Shown piece by piece: positions 29,923 through 40,613 of a DNA stretch of 64,000 nt. Under the pieces are notes generated by a model that searched no databases, was not told the origin of the DNA, and saw nothing but the letters and a program-made list of their open reading frames with translations. Position numbers and translations under genes: made by a program. Location of the stretch: NCBI GenBank assembly GCA_963818965.1, contig CAWFUG010000009.1, positions 442,075 through 506,074 of the forward strand, given 5' to 3'. The number at the start of each line of letters is the position of its first letter. Within the stretch, counting starts at the first letter, position 1. The DNA comes from an uncultured Verrucomicrobiae bacterium. Its GTDB lineage: Bacteria > Chlamydiota > Chlamydiia > Chlamydiales > Rhabdochlamydiaceae.

Positions 29923-30534
29923 ATGAAAAACAGAAGGTATATGTCTATGATGACAGTTTGCCTGATGATTTTATCAGGAACGATGTACTGTAATGCTGGA
30001 TGGGCAAAATCGGTTGAACATAAGGTAAAGGACTGGTTCCAAGATGCCTGGGACAGTCTTAAGAAAGGAGTGGATGACCTCGGAGATAATTTTGAGGATA
30101 TCCAGGCTTATCTAGACGATTATGATTGGAAAGGCATGATTGAACACAAGGCGACATCTGGACCAGCGATGTTGAAGCACCTGGAACTGAACGACAATGG
30201 CCGAGTCATTGTTGTGAAGCCAGGAGAAGAGATACATGCTGAAGTGAAATGCGAGCTAGACTCAGAAAAATGCTCGAATTTTGGTATGTACCGCGTCGTA
30301 GTGGGATTAAAAGATGACGGTCCTCAGGCAGTCCTCGGCAATGAACCTGGATTTGCCGCAGGAAAGAGCAGAGAAAAGTTCACCCTGGTTGCTCCAGAAA
30401 AACCTGGATTCTACCAAATCCGATTCAGAGCTGTGGATGCCTTTTTAAGGACAACAGCTAAGGATGCTTGGAAAGATGATGATGGGAATGAGCCCGATGC
30501 TAAAACAACGATTGGGATCATTTACGTGAAGTAA
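29923..30534 (+). CDS. Hypothetical exported protein
   Basis: AGGAGG RBS, signal peptide, downstream terminator. Confidence 0.75.
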   Translation: MKNRRYMSMMTVCLMILSGTMYCNAGWAKSVEHKVKDWFQDAWDSLKKGVDDLGDNFEDIQAYLDDYDWKGMIEHKATSGPAMLKHLELNDNGRVIVVKPGEEIHAEVKCELDSEKCSNFGMYRVVVGLKDDGPQAVLGNEPGFAAGKSREKFTLVAPEKPGFYQIRFRAVDAFLRTTAKDAWKDDDGNEPDAKTTIGIIYVK

Positions 30535-30552
30535 GGATGTCTGCCAATCTGT

Positions 30553-30584
30553 AAAAAAAGGCCAGGAATTTCCTGGCCTTTTTT
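30553..30584. terminator. Bidirectional intrinsic terminator
   Basis: A7-GGCCAGGAA-T-TTCCTGGCC-T6 between convergent genes. Confidence 0.85.
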
Positions 30585-30626
30585 ATTTTACTCTTTGCCA
30601 TAGGCGTGCAACGTTTTAGCTTGGGT

Positions 30627-30941
30627 TCAGGCCGCTTTGCGGTGGGTGCGCCTTTTGGCGATTCTGACCTTAGCCTTCACTCTTTTTAGCGGTTTTTTAG
30701 CCTTAGTTTTCATTAGGCGTTTCACTTTCTTCGCTGTCTCTGTCTTAAGAGCACTTTTAAGTGCTTGTCTCATGTGTTCTGGCACATGACCTAATTTTTT
30801 ATATTGATGGACCAATTTTTTCTGGAGGTCTTTTCCTTTCTTCGTGCCAAATAGGAACGTTGCGGCAGCAGCAAGTGACCCACCGATGATGATCCCTTCG
30901 AATAAATCGACATAAGAATGGCTTGATTTGACTTTAAACAT
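30627..30941 (-). CDS. YtxH-like protein with Lys/Arg-rich tail
   Basis: GIIIGGSLAAAATFLFGTKKGKDLQKKL. Confidence 0.65.
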   Translation of the reverse strand: MFKVKSSHSYVDLFEGIIIGGSLAAAATFLFGTKKGKDLQKKLVHQYKKLGHVPEHMRQALKSALKTETAKKVKRLMKTKAKKPLKRVKAKVRIAKRRTHRKAA

Positions 30942-30950
30942 ATTAAAAGC

Positions 30951-31241
30951 TCAACTTTTGATTTTTTTCCACAAACTAATTCCTGCAGCAATCCAATCGA
31001 CGACTGCTCCTAGAGTATCTTCATTTTTATGCAACTTTTTCCCGAAATCCTTGACAGGACCAGGTTCCTCTATGTGGTGGCTCTCCAGAATTTCTCCCAT
31101 GTTACTCATGACCTTTCCGACATGCTCCAACGAACTCTCTTTTTTTCGGACGGCTAAAAAAATAGCAAGAGCGCCCATTCCCACAAGTCCACCAATCAAA
31201 GCTCCTACTACGATTTTTGAGTCTGGATCTGAATTTTTCAT
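30951..31241 (-). CDS. Small membrane-anchored protein (YtxH-like N-terminus)
   Basis: VVGALIGGLVGMGALAIFL; tightly spaced in an operon. Confidence 0.6.
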   Translation of the reverse strand: MKNSDPDSKIVVGALIGGLVGMGALAIFLAVRKKESSLEHVGKVMSNMGEILESHHIEEPGPVKDFGKKLHKNEDTLGAVVDWIAAGISLWKKIKS

Positions 31242-31242
31242 C

Positions 31243-31605
31243 TTATTTCATCTCGTTTCTAATTTTATTAAACAGTCGAACCCCTTCTACTGCGCATTCC
31301 AAGAGTTCAGCTATTTTTTCATAACCCTTATGCCCCTCAGTTTTTTCTTTTTTTAGGTTATAAAGGGGGCGAAATAACACATCGAGTCCTTCTGATTTTT
31401 TCTTTATATCTACAACGAGCTTATTGGTATTGTGGAGGAGTTCTGCACTCGGTTCTGAAAGAGTGTGCACTAAACGATGGGTTTCGGTGAGAAGACGATC
31501 GGTTTTTTTCATGACCCGACGTAGCCTTTGCAAAGTCATAATCAAAAAAATGACTAGCAGGATAAAAGCGAGCCCCACTACTCCCACAATAATTTCCATG
31601 ACCAT
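31243..31605 (-). CDS. DUF948/YtxG-like protein
   Basis: N-terminal TM AFILLVIFLIMTL followed by coiled coil. Confidence 0.65.
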   Translation of the reverse strand: MVMEIIVGVVGLAFILLVIFLIMTLQRLRRVMKKTDRLLTETHRLVHTLSEPSAELLHNTNKLVVDIKKKSEGLDVLFRPLYNLKKEKTEGHKGYEKIAELLECAVEGVRLFNKIRNEMK

Positions 31606-32128
31606 GTGTGTTACTCTGTCTGTCTGTTAAATACAACTTAAACTATTATTGCATTAATTTAAATAGTTATATATTTTATTTCTACCTTTAATTTGTTATT
31701 ATAAGTTGTTTAGGTTATTTAAATCTTTTAAACTCCAAGCAGGCGGTTAGGCATGGTTTTTTCTGTAAATGCTTTACAATAAAGATTTTAAGCATTAACA
31801 GCAGCAGCGCAAGAGGGACACCTGTGGGAGGCTATGGAGGCTTCGGAGCGGGGGGGATGAGACAATGAGCGCTCCAGCAGGAGGCGGGGGTATTTCTCTA
31901 GCATTAGAGCCTGTCTACAATCTTGGCCCCTATCGTTTGTGGGTGGAAAGATAGATTCAAAATTTTTGTGGAGTAAAGAATGAGAGTTTCTGGTATCTTA
32001 TGGCTTAGGGCCTGTCTATAATCTCGGCTATTTTGGTTTTCGTGTCTTTTAATTTTGGCCTCAAGCGCTCGGGGTATAGTTCGGTAGATAACTTTTTCGA
32101 TACAGTTTTTAAGGGAAGCAGGGTACTT

Positions 32129-33289
32129 ATGATTTCATATATGAAAAAACCAAACTTTGAGTGGATTATCTTTACCTACATTGTTGGGTATCACCTAGCG
32201 CTTATCATTGGGTTGCCTTTCTTTTTTATGAAACATAGCCCTTCCTGGGGGCTGTGGGTTGCTTCGGCGGTTCTTTTTTATGTCTCGGGAATTAGCGTGA
32301 CGGCAGGTTATCATAGGCTCTATTCCCACCTCGCTTACAAGACTAACAAGGGTGTTGAAGCTGTCTTATTATTTTTTGCGACGATTGCCACCCAAGGGAG
32401 TGCTCTAAAGTGGTCGTGCGATCACCGCAGACACCACGCCTTTGTCGACACCGATCGAGACCCCTATTCCATCAATAAAGGCTTTTGGTTCGCTCATATC
32501 CTGTGGCTTTTTGAGAAGACGGAACCGATCGATCCGAAGGTCGTCGCCGATCTCTATAAAAATCGTCTGGTGATGTTCCAACACAAATATTATGCTTTCC
32601 TAATGGTCCTGACGAATCTTATGGCTGTCCTTTTCATAGGATATCTATTCAATGATTATCTGAGCGCATTTGTAATTGGTTGGGGGGTCCGCCTCTTCTT
32701 TTCTCACCACACGACGTGGTTTATTAATTCTCTTGCCCACACTTGGGGGTCTAAACCCTTTAGTCAGGAACATACGGCTGTTAATAACTATGTTCTTTCC
32801 CTAGCGACTTTTGGCGAAGGCTATCACAACTATCACCATACATTTGCACATGATTACCGTAATGGGACCCGCTGGTACCATTTTGATCCTACTAAATGGA
32901 TGATCTGGATTCTGCATAAGTCGCGCTTGGCTTATGGGCTCCGACGAGTCAATACGATGCAGATTAAAGAACGGATTGTGACCGAGCGTAAGAGAGAGCT
33001 CATTGCCACCATGCGCAAATTCTTATCGACGAATAGTTCATTGATCGAGGAAAAAATTGAACAAAAGACCAATGAGTTTCTAGCTCACTGTTCTCAGCTG
33101 AATCAGCTGCTCAAAGAATATCAAATCCGCAAACAAGAAAAATTGATCGATAAGCACCTTTTAAAGAAGCTCAGTCTTGAAATTAGAACCATGAAAAAGC
33201 ACCTCAGGCTCATCTGGAAAGACTGGAAAAGAACATCTAAAGAGGCGTTTTCAATTTTGAAAGTAGAGGCACGCATTCAGAACTTTTGA
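32129..33289 (+). CDS. Acyl-CoA (delta-9) fatty acid desaturase
   Basis: His boxes GYHRLYSH, DHRRHH, GEGYHNYHH; FINSLAH; DPTKW. Confidence 0.92.
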   Translation: MISYMKKPNFEWIIFTYIVGYHLALIIGLPFFFMKHSPSWGLWVASAVLFYVSGISVTAGYHRLYSHLAYKTNKGVEAVLLFFATIATQGSALKWSCDHRRHHAFVDTDRDPYSINKGFWFAHILWLFEKTEPIDPKVVADLYKNRLVMFQHKYYAFLMVLTNLMAVLFIGYLFNDYLSAFVIGWGVRLFFSHHTTWFINSLAHTWGSKPFSQEHTAVNNYVLSLATFGEGYHNYHHTFAHDYRNGTRWYHFDPTKWMIWILHKSRLAYGLRRVNTMQIKERIVTERKRELIATMRKFLSTNSSLIEEKIEQKTNEFLAHCSQLNQLLKEYQIRKQEKLIDKHLLKKLSLEIRTMKKHLRLIWKDWKRTSKEAFSILKVEARIQNF

Positions 33290-33290
33290 C

Positions 33291-33495
33291 GGCGTTGTTG
33301 CGTAATTCCTGACCGGGCGCAGTATAGCTCCCCACCATTCCATTCTGAATATATGCAATCTCACCACAGAGAGGAAATTCTTTAATATGAATTTTCCCTC
33401 TGTGGTTTTCCATCTCTGTGGTTATACCCCGCGCGCTCAAATGCACCATTCTTAAGCGCGCGGGGTATAAATTCAGCTATTTATGCAACAACACC
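33291..33495. mobile_element. Complete family A MITE (205 bp) with nested family B insertions
   Basis: TIRs GGCGTTGTTGCGTAA / TTATGCAACAACACC; 8-bp direct repeat CTTTTGAC at 33283-33290 and 33496-33503. Confidence 0.85.
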
Positions 33496-33563
33496 CTTTT
33501 GACTGGAGAAAATTTAATGGTTGTCTTATGACTGAATCATAGGAATTCTTTATCCAGTATTAG

Positions 33564-33917
33564 GTGAAAATTGTGTCTGAAAAAGATCGTCATCTTCTAG
33601 TTCCTCTAAGTGTATTTCTCAGACGAGTCATCTTAAATTTTGTCCTCGGTGCTTTCATTATTTTATGTTCTCTGGGTCTGGGGATGGCAGGATATATTTA
33701 TTTCGAAAAAATGAGCTTCGTGGATGCCTACCAAAATGCCGCAATGATTTTATCAGGCATGGGTCCAGTAGACACGATCAAGACGGTCCATGGAAAAATA
33801 TTTGCCGGAACCTATGCACTCTTTAGTGGAGTCGTTTTCCTTGTAGTCATCGCGATTGTTTTTGCGCCCATTTTCCATCGTTTTTTTCATAATTTTTTGA
33901 TTAAAGACCCTAAATAA
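33564..33917 (+). CDS. Small membrane protein, potassium channel pore-like
   Basis: Two TM segments around DAYQNAAMILSGMGPV. Confidence 0.6.
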   Translation: MKIVSEKDRHLLVPLSVFLRRVILNFVLGAFIILCSLGLGMAGYIYFEKMSFVDAYQNAAMILSGMGPVDTIKTVHGKIFAGTYALFSGVVFLVVIAIVFAPIFHRFFHNFLIKDPK

Positions 33918-33996
33918 AAGAGCGAGAGCTTATCAAGCGGCCCTGCGGCCAACTTTTGAGTCCACTTGGGTATAAGTTTCAATTGGAGAGGAGCAA

Positions 33997-34548
33997 ATGA
34001 GTTTTCAACAAGAAGCGTTGATCATTGTCGATATGCAAAAAGATGTTTTAAAAAAAATGGTGAAAAGCGGGGTTGATATAGTGCCTGAAGTTAAAGCGGT
34101 GCTAGATATTTCCCGAAAAAAAAACATGCCTATCATTTACCTTCTGAGAGTGCATCGAAAAAATGGGACGGATGTAGAGCGTTTTCGCTGTAATCTTTTC
34201 AAAGAGAGCCCCTTTTTGGTTGAGGGAACAAGTGGAGCGGAAATCGTAGAAGAGCTCAAACCTCTGCCTTCTGAGTATCTCGTAAACAAAAAGCGTTTCA
34301 GCGGTTTTTTCCAAAGTGATCTGTTGATGATTCTAATGAGACTTAAGGTGACTTCATTGGTTATCTGTGGAGTTCAGACCCCCAATTGTATTCGAGCCAC
34401 TGTAACCGATGCCCTTGCCTATGATTTCGATGTCACTATTTTAGAAGATGCTACAGCTGCTCAAACTTCTGAGGTTCATGTGGCTAATTTGTTTGATATG
34501 CGTAACATGGGCGCTTGTGTAAAAACGGTGCAGGAGTTTTTTTCGTAA
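33997..34548 (+). CDS. Isochorismatase family cysteine hydrolase
   Basis: IVDMQKD, KKRFSGF, GVQTPNCIRAT. Confidence 0.9.
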   Translation: MSFQQEALIIVDMQKDVLKKMVKSGVDIVPEVKAVLDISRKKNMPIIYLLRVHRKNGTDVERFRCNLFKESPFLVEGTSGAEIVEELKPLPSEYLVNKKRFSGFFQSDLLMILMRLKVTSLVICGVQTPNCIRATVTDALAYDFDVTILEDATAAQTSEVHVANLFDMRNMGACVKTVQEFFS

Positions 34549-34645
34549 GGGAAAGATTCCCTACCCACTTGAAGCCTGCCTTGCAGAGGATAAGAACCCG
34601 ACAGTCGACCGAAATTTTTTATCGGGATAGGTTCAACGACAGGCC

Positions 34646-37600
34646 CTAAAAAGAATACCCGATTTTTCCGTAGAATTGATTGGAACTGTAACCGCTGCCA
34701 AATTCTCCGTCATAGCTAATGGATCCGTAACCGTTCCAGTTTGCTTGCCAAAAAAGTTCTACGCCAGGAGAAATGAGACTTTGCTGGGCGGTAAAGGCCT
34801 CGACAATCAAGGAGGAGGGGGCGCTGACAATCGCCGCATTGAGATATCCTACGTGATGAGGCTTTTTGTAGACGTAGCTCAACTTTGCTTGTGCGATAAA
34901 AACTCCCCAACTGCAAGTCGTCGTATGATATCCATTGAGGCCTGTTTCCAGTCGCAACATCCATGAAGTTCTAGAAGAGATCCTCATATTATAAGGAGCG
35001 GCTCCTTTTTCTGAATAGCTAGGGTCCCATTCAAAGACCCAGTCGAGTAAACCGAAGGGTTCGATCGTTCCGCTATTTATATTAAAATCGTACCCCATAC
35101 CAAAATGGAGATCGATTTGTTCTGCATGGAAGGAACTTTTCGCAGTCTCTTTAAATCCTGGAAAGGAGATGATCCGCTTTTGATCGACGCTCATGTATTC
35201 GCCCCAAATGGCAGCGTCGATGAAGAAATCGGAAAAACACCTCATTCCGTAGATGCTGAGGTAACCTGCGTTTAGGTGGCTATTTCCCATAGATTGATGT
35301 TCATGAATCGATGAATGTGCGTACCCCGCAAGGGCACCGATGCATCCCTGATCGGTATTGCCGTAATCATAGGCCAAAAAGACGCCGCCGCTGTTGAAAT
35401 CAAAGCCGGGCGTTTGATCTTGAGCGTTTTGACTGCTAAATTGGCCAAAACCCATTCCCCAAATTTGAGAATTGGTGTTTTTTGGCGGAGTGTCCATCGT
35501 TTTACGAGGGGAACGATTGAAGGCTAGAAGTCCATTGTCCGCAAAGCTGCCCCTCTGGAAATCAAAGTCGGTATGATCTTGGCCAAAGTTCACCGCCAAA
35601 ACCTGAGAATTTGTGTCTTTTGGCAGAGCATGGGTCGTGGTACGAGAAGAGGAGTTGGCTGCTAAAAATCCATTGTCTGTTACGAAGGCTGTTTTCTTTG
35701 TCTGACCCTTTTTGCTGTGATTGTGAGCCAAGCGTCTTTTGGTAAAATGAGAATCGAGCGATTCGGAAAACATGAACATGACATTTTGCGAGACAAATGT
35801 GGAAATCGAGTTTCTTGAGGGGCTAATCGCTTTAAGAGCCTTTTGATACTGAGGAGAAGAAAGGTCGTTTAAAAGATCAAATTGATCGGTCAATCCCAAG
35901 GAATCGGCATCGGGGGCTAAACGATTGAGGTACTTAGCCACTTTTAAGTTATTACCGCGAAGGCCTTGTGTAGAAAGAGTGGGATTAGGAGGAGGGGGAG
36001 GCGGATAGCTTAAAAAGTCAAATTGCACAAAGGTAGGAGCTCCGATCGGTAGATAAGAGAGCGAATAACTATTCGGGATAGTTCCCGTAAGCTCTACGGA
36101 ATCAAAGGTACCTGTAATGCCAGCTGAAGTGAGAACGGTATAAGTTCCAGGCGTAGCGTTTGAATCTATCTCGATCTGCAAGATCCCAGCTAACGACGCG
36201 GCTCCAGTTACAGAGACTGAGGATGTGCCATTGGAACCGATTTCGATATGGACAAGGCTGCCGAGGGTGTTGTTAATGGGATCTGCTGAACTTAGAGTCA
36301 AACTGCCAAGGGTGAGCGTTCCTCCGGTGTCTGGCGAGATCGTTCCAGAATTGACAAAGACATTTCCGGTCAAGGTCCCTATCCCGCTCAACGTCCCTCT
36401 TTGCGCGCTAAGGCCGATATTTCTACAGACGAAAATGGGTGCTTCATCGATCTGTCCATTCACTTTGAAATTCGCGTTATTGATGGTGACACTCCCTTGA
36501 TAATCCGTCGTTCCGTTGTAAACCACCGTTCCATTTCCCGTGACAAAGACACTTGTTCCAGTTCCCCCGAAAACGGTATCATCTGTAAATGAGACTTGGT
36601 CGCCGAGCGTCAAAAGATCACCTGCATCTTCTGCTATAAGGGTAAGAGCAGAACCTGTGCGCAGAAAAATACTATTTCCCCATGCAGATCCATCAGTGCC
36701 ATTCGCTCCCCCTGGGCCGCCTGTTCCAGCAGTTCCCGCTTGTGTCGTCGTGTTGGATGTATTGAAGAGGGTGGGAATCCCCGGCAGTGCCTGTAGGGTG
36801 AAATTCAAACCGGTATCCACAAAGATAGCTCCTCCGAGACCGCTTCCGCCCCCGCCACCACCACCTGCCAAAGCCTGATCCAAAGCTATTGGCGCCCAGC
36901 TCCTCCAGATCCTCCTCCGAGGCTTCCGGTATCAGATCCACCCGAGGCATTGGGGCCATTAGAAGGCCCACCGCCACCACCTCCGCCGCCGCCTAGAGAA
37001 TTTCCCCCGTCGCAGGCGTCAGACCCGATTGGTTGACTCCTCCGCCCCCGCCTCCACCGCCTACTCCTCCCGATCCTCCTTGCACGGTATAAGCAGTATC
37101 AGAAGCGCCTGTACCTGCACCGCCACCACCACCACCGCCATAGCCACCGCTTCCCGCTTGTCCGTCTACTCCATTTGTACGATTGGTGATTACCAACGCC
37201 GCCGCCTCCACCACCACCGCCATCTCCTCCATTGCCTCCAGAAGGGACAGCGCTAGCCTCCGGGTGCTATTGAACCTTCAGCCTGTAGTCCCATTTGATC
37301 CCAGAGCTTCCACCGCCACCGCCTCCAGCAAAGTCCCATTTCTGTTATAGCGCCGCCGCCTCCACCGCCTCCCAAATTTTCTCCTCCATCGTTACCTCCT
37401 CCACCGAAACCAGCGCTAATGGCGGGACCATAACCATTTCCATCCGGTCCCGGGCTCATGGTCTGCGCCTCCAGTTCCTAGATTTGAGGGCGTTCCTAAG
37501 GTGGCGCGAGATCCCCGACCTCCGCCTCCGCCGCCTCCGCCACCGAGCGGTTCGTCGGTCGAAGCAGTGACATCTCCACCATCTCCTCCAAAACCTCCTC

Positions 37601-38252
37601 CTCCGCCGCCGCCGGTGCTCCCAGTGGTCGTAATAGAACCCCCATTTCCGCTAAAACCGCCTCCACCACCGCCGCCTTCATCGCCTGTAGGGGAAGAGAC
37701 GCCGAAATAACTTCCCCCATCTCCACCGACAGCAGAGCAGTCATTGATCGATACATTCATCAAAGTGATAGAAGGATATGAGCCGTTTAAAAAAGTTTGA
37801 GGCGCATAAATAGCGCCTCCAGCGCCCATCCCCCCGCCGCCGCCTGAATTGCCGTCTCCTCCATCGCCTCCTTTTGCGGTCAGGTTTTGAAAGGTCATGT
37901 TTTGGATGATCACATTCCCCATCGGGATAAAAAATCCGCTGTAAGCGCCGTTGCCGTCAATTGTGACAGTAGGGATAGAGCCTGAGTTGCCAATCGTGAT
38001 ATTTACAGGATTTGAGGAGTTATTAATGATCGGCAGAATTCCATTGAGTTGAATCGTCATGGGAAAAGCAAAAACAATCGCGTAATCATCGAGTGTCGTA
38101 TTTAAACTTTGATTCATGGAATTCAAGCAATATCTCAGATCGCCAGGATTTCCAATGCTGCCAGGATTATTGTCTGAGTCTACTGTTACATTGAGCGTTG
38201 TTAAGGCAAACAAGGAATGTGGGACGAATAGAAAAACCCAATATTTGGACAT
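34646..38252 (-). pseudogene. Gly-rich autotransporter with several frameshifts between ~36890 and ~37430
   Basis: Signal peptide plus GDLRY and GGGGMGAGGAIY passenger; fragmented poly-Gly region; intact beta-barrel ending KIGYSF. Confidence 0.85.
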
Positions 38253-38321
38253 GAGAAAGCCTATAATTTTTTTTTGTTAGCGTACTGTGTGGGAAAAATT
38301 TATTCAATAGTTATACACCAG

Positions 38322-39233
38322 TTATACACCATCCTCAAGCGCGCGGGATATAAACCTTGGAAGGGGAGAGCATTCGATTTTTTGAGGCGTGTAGTTAGGC
38401 CTCATAGCGAATGCGATCGTTGCATAGCGAATTTGACCACTTTGTGCAACGATGTGAGGTGTTGGGTAGATGGAAAATTCTGTGAGGAGCACTCCGGGAA
38501 TGAGTAGAATAGAGTTTTGATCGCGTCCTCGAGGGAACGCTCTCAGAGGGGAGGAAAAATCTTCGACTGTGAATGAGGGCTTATAAGGAGAAAGAAGCAG
38601 CGATGGGTTGTCTGTGCTATCGAGAAAAAGAGAAAATGCAGTCCCATCGTAATGAGGTCTTGTGGCGCTATAAGAGGGGAGATATTTGACGACTTTGAAA
38701 AGAACAGGGGGCTGTCCGTATGGCGAAGAGAAAATCTCTGCTAAACCGAGCTCAGTTGCCGCTTTTTCGAATAGAGCTCCGTAGGATTTTTGGATCTGAA
38801 GACACGCTTCAAAAAAACGGATGATTGCAGGCGCCTGGTTGAATTCTGGATAGCGAGAGCAGATGAATTCATGGAAATGGATCGAGTAGTAGAAGGAAAT
38901 CTGGCTCCTTCCCTCTCTTTCCGACTCATCGTAGATACCAAAAAAATCGGTGGAGTAGTAATTTCTATCTTTTGAGCGAATGAAACGCTCTTTTGCGCTG
39001 TATAATTTTTGTGCCCACGCTGGATTTGTTTGAAGAAATTCGATGAGTGTATCGAAAGAGGCATAAAGAGAATCGAACGTTGCGGCTCCATGGGTTTGAT
39101 CGCAAATTTCTGCATACCCTGCTCGCTTGAATTCTTCTGCAAGAGGGATTGCAGAAAGGGAGGGAACGGTCAATAAGAGAAAAATCCCTAGAAACCAAGT
39201 CTTTGCATTTGAATAGGAACAGCTTCTTTTCAT
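38322..39233 (-). CDS. 2OG-Fe(II) oxygenase-like protein with signal-peptide-like N-terminus
   Basis: KY...PHYDGTAFSL, PTPHIV, RYATIAF (HxD...H...R). Confidence 0.7.
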   Translation of the reverse strand: MKRSCSYSNAKTWFLGIFLLLTVPSLSAIPLAEEFKRAGYAEICDQTHGAATFDSLYASFDTLIEFLQTNPAWAQKLYSAKERFIRSKDRNYYSTDFFGIYDESEREGRSQISFYYSIHFHEFICSRYPEFNQAPAIIRFFEACLQIQKSYGALFEKAATELGLAEIFSSPYGQPPVLFKVVKYLPSYSATRPHYDGTAFSLFLDSTDNPSLLLSPYKPSFTVEDFSSPLRAFPRGRDQNSILLIPGVLLTEFSIYPTPHIVAQSGQIRYATIAFAMRPNYTPQKIECSPLPRFISRALEDGV

Positions 39234-40351
39234 TTTGTATTTTCCTCAACTTAAGTGGGATATTCCTCTATGCCGAACCGAAATATTCTGCAGATGTTTC
39301 TTATCTGGTATCTGACTTTAAATACAGCCAGGAATATGGGCTGAAAATCTGCGAAGTCCAGCACGGGGCTCTTTCAGCAGTCGATGGCGATCTCTATCTT
39401 TGGGGAGAAGGGGGACGTATTTCACCGATGATCGCCGACTTTTTTGCTTGTTTTTCTATGAAAAAGTGGACGGTCGGATTGATTTATTCCCCGTTAAAGA
39501 GCGCCTTAAGAGCGAAGGATTGGGATATTCAAGAGTCTATCAAAGCGCTTGTAAAGGATCCCCTATTTTTAGAATGCGCAGCATCGCCTCCTCTTGATCC
39601 TGCTTCTGTCCATTCCTACACGGGTATTGTCTATGGGGCTTTAGATCTTGTCCGTAATTTTAACTCCTATCGCAAGGCCTATCCAGGTATCCTTTTTATC
39701 GATGCAGTGACCCTTCCTTACTGGAGGGATAAATACAAGATGAACGCGCTCTTTGAGCTTAATGATGAGCTAAAACAGTATAAAGCAGATTGGAGGCTCT
39801 ATCCCAAGAAGTATGATCCGCTCTTGTCAGAAAGAATACAGGAAGAGATGCCCTCTGAGTTCTATGTGATCAAGCCGAGAAGTGAGATTTTAGCCAGCGG
39901 TGTCATCATCGTCGCAAGCACAGATCTCGATGGTGTCCTTCAAATGATTTTAGAGCCCTCACCGAGTTTGGAGAAACATCCCGATCAAAAGTACTCCTAT
40001 TGGTACAAAAACAAGGATGACACCTTTTTGATCGAAAAATACTACTTGTCAGATCCCTTAACTTTTTCTGTTCCTGGCGGAACGGAGTACCACTACGACG
40101 CGACGATGCGCCTTGCATTTATTTTGCAGTACGATCAAGGAAATACGACGTATCAATGTCTTGGAGGATTTTGGAAACTCCCCTCTAAAGCTTTGGAAGA
40201 AGAAGGAACGCTGAATGAAAAGAGGATCTCTTGTTGCAGGCCCCCTTTTTATAGGGCTATCGATCCAGAATTATTAAGCCAAATCAATGCACAAATGGAA
40301 AGGGCGATGCTGCTTCTCTATGAGACGATGTTAAACAGCGACTCCCCATGA
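39149..40351 (+). CDS. Hypothetical protein, ATP-grasp-like
   Basis: DKYKMN, YVIKPR...SGVIIV, FLIEKY, TMR; start probably further downstream (TTG ~39209). Confidence 0.55.
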   Translation: MQKGRERSIREKSLETKSLHLNRNSFFSFCIFLNLSGIFLYAEPKYSADVSYLVSDFKYSQEYGLKICEVQHGALSAVDGDLYLWGEGGRISPMIADFFACFSMKKWTVGLIYSPLKSALRAKDWDIQESIKALVKDPLFLECAASPPLDPASVHSYTGIVYGALDLVRNFNSYRKAYPGILFIDAVTLPYWRDKYKMNALFELNDELKQYKADWRLYPKKYDPLLSERIQEEMPSEFYVIKPRSEILASGVIIVASTDLDGVLQMILEPSPSLEKHPDQKYSYWYKNKDDTFLIEKYYLSDPLTFSVPGGTEYHYDATMRLAFILQYDQGNTTYQCLGGFWKLPSKALEEEGTLNEKRISCCRPPFYRAIDPELLSQINAQMERAMLLLYETMLNSDSP

Positions 40352-40613
40352 GATAAGGAATAAAGAACCCGCAAGACGACAGGTCCTCAACGGTTTGCTT
40401 TGGCCAGCCATACAAAATAATTAAAATAGCGCTCTAAATCTTTAAGAGATGTTTTGTATTCATCGCTTCTAAGAGCCGCAGCAGCAAATAGTTCGCGAAT
40501 TCGTAGAATTTCTTTAAGACGTCCTTTCCATCGGGGATCTTCAATCGTGAATAGAAGACGAATTCAATTTTTTTGAAAAAGCAAAATATTCGATCGTATT
40601 GTATCCTATTCCC

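Noticed and set aside
32033..32128. TTG-start extension of the desaturase
   Set aside because: It begins in repeat-derived sequence; ATG at 32129 or 32141 fits better
36890..37760. Gly-rich and Pro-rich small ORFs as separate genes
   Set aside because: They are frameshifted pieces or antisense frames of one autotransporter
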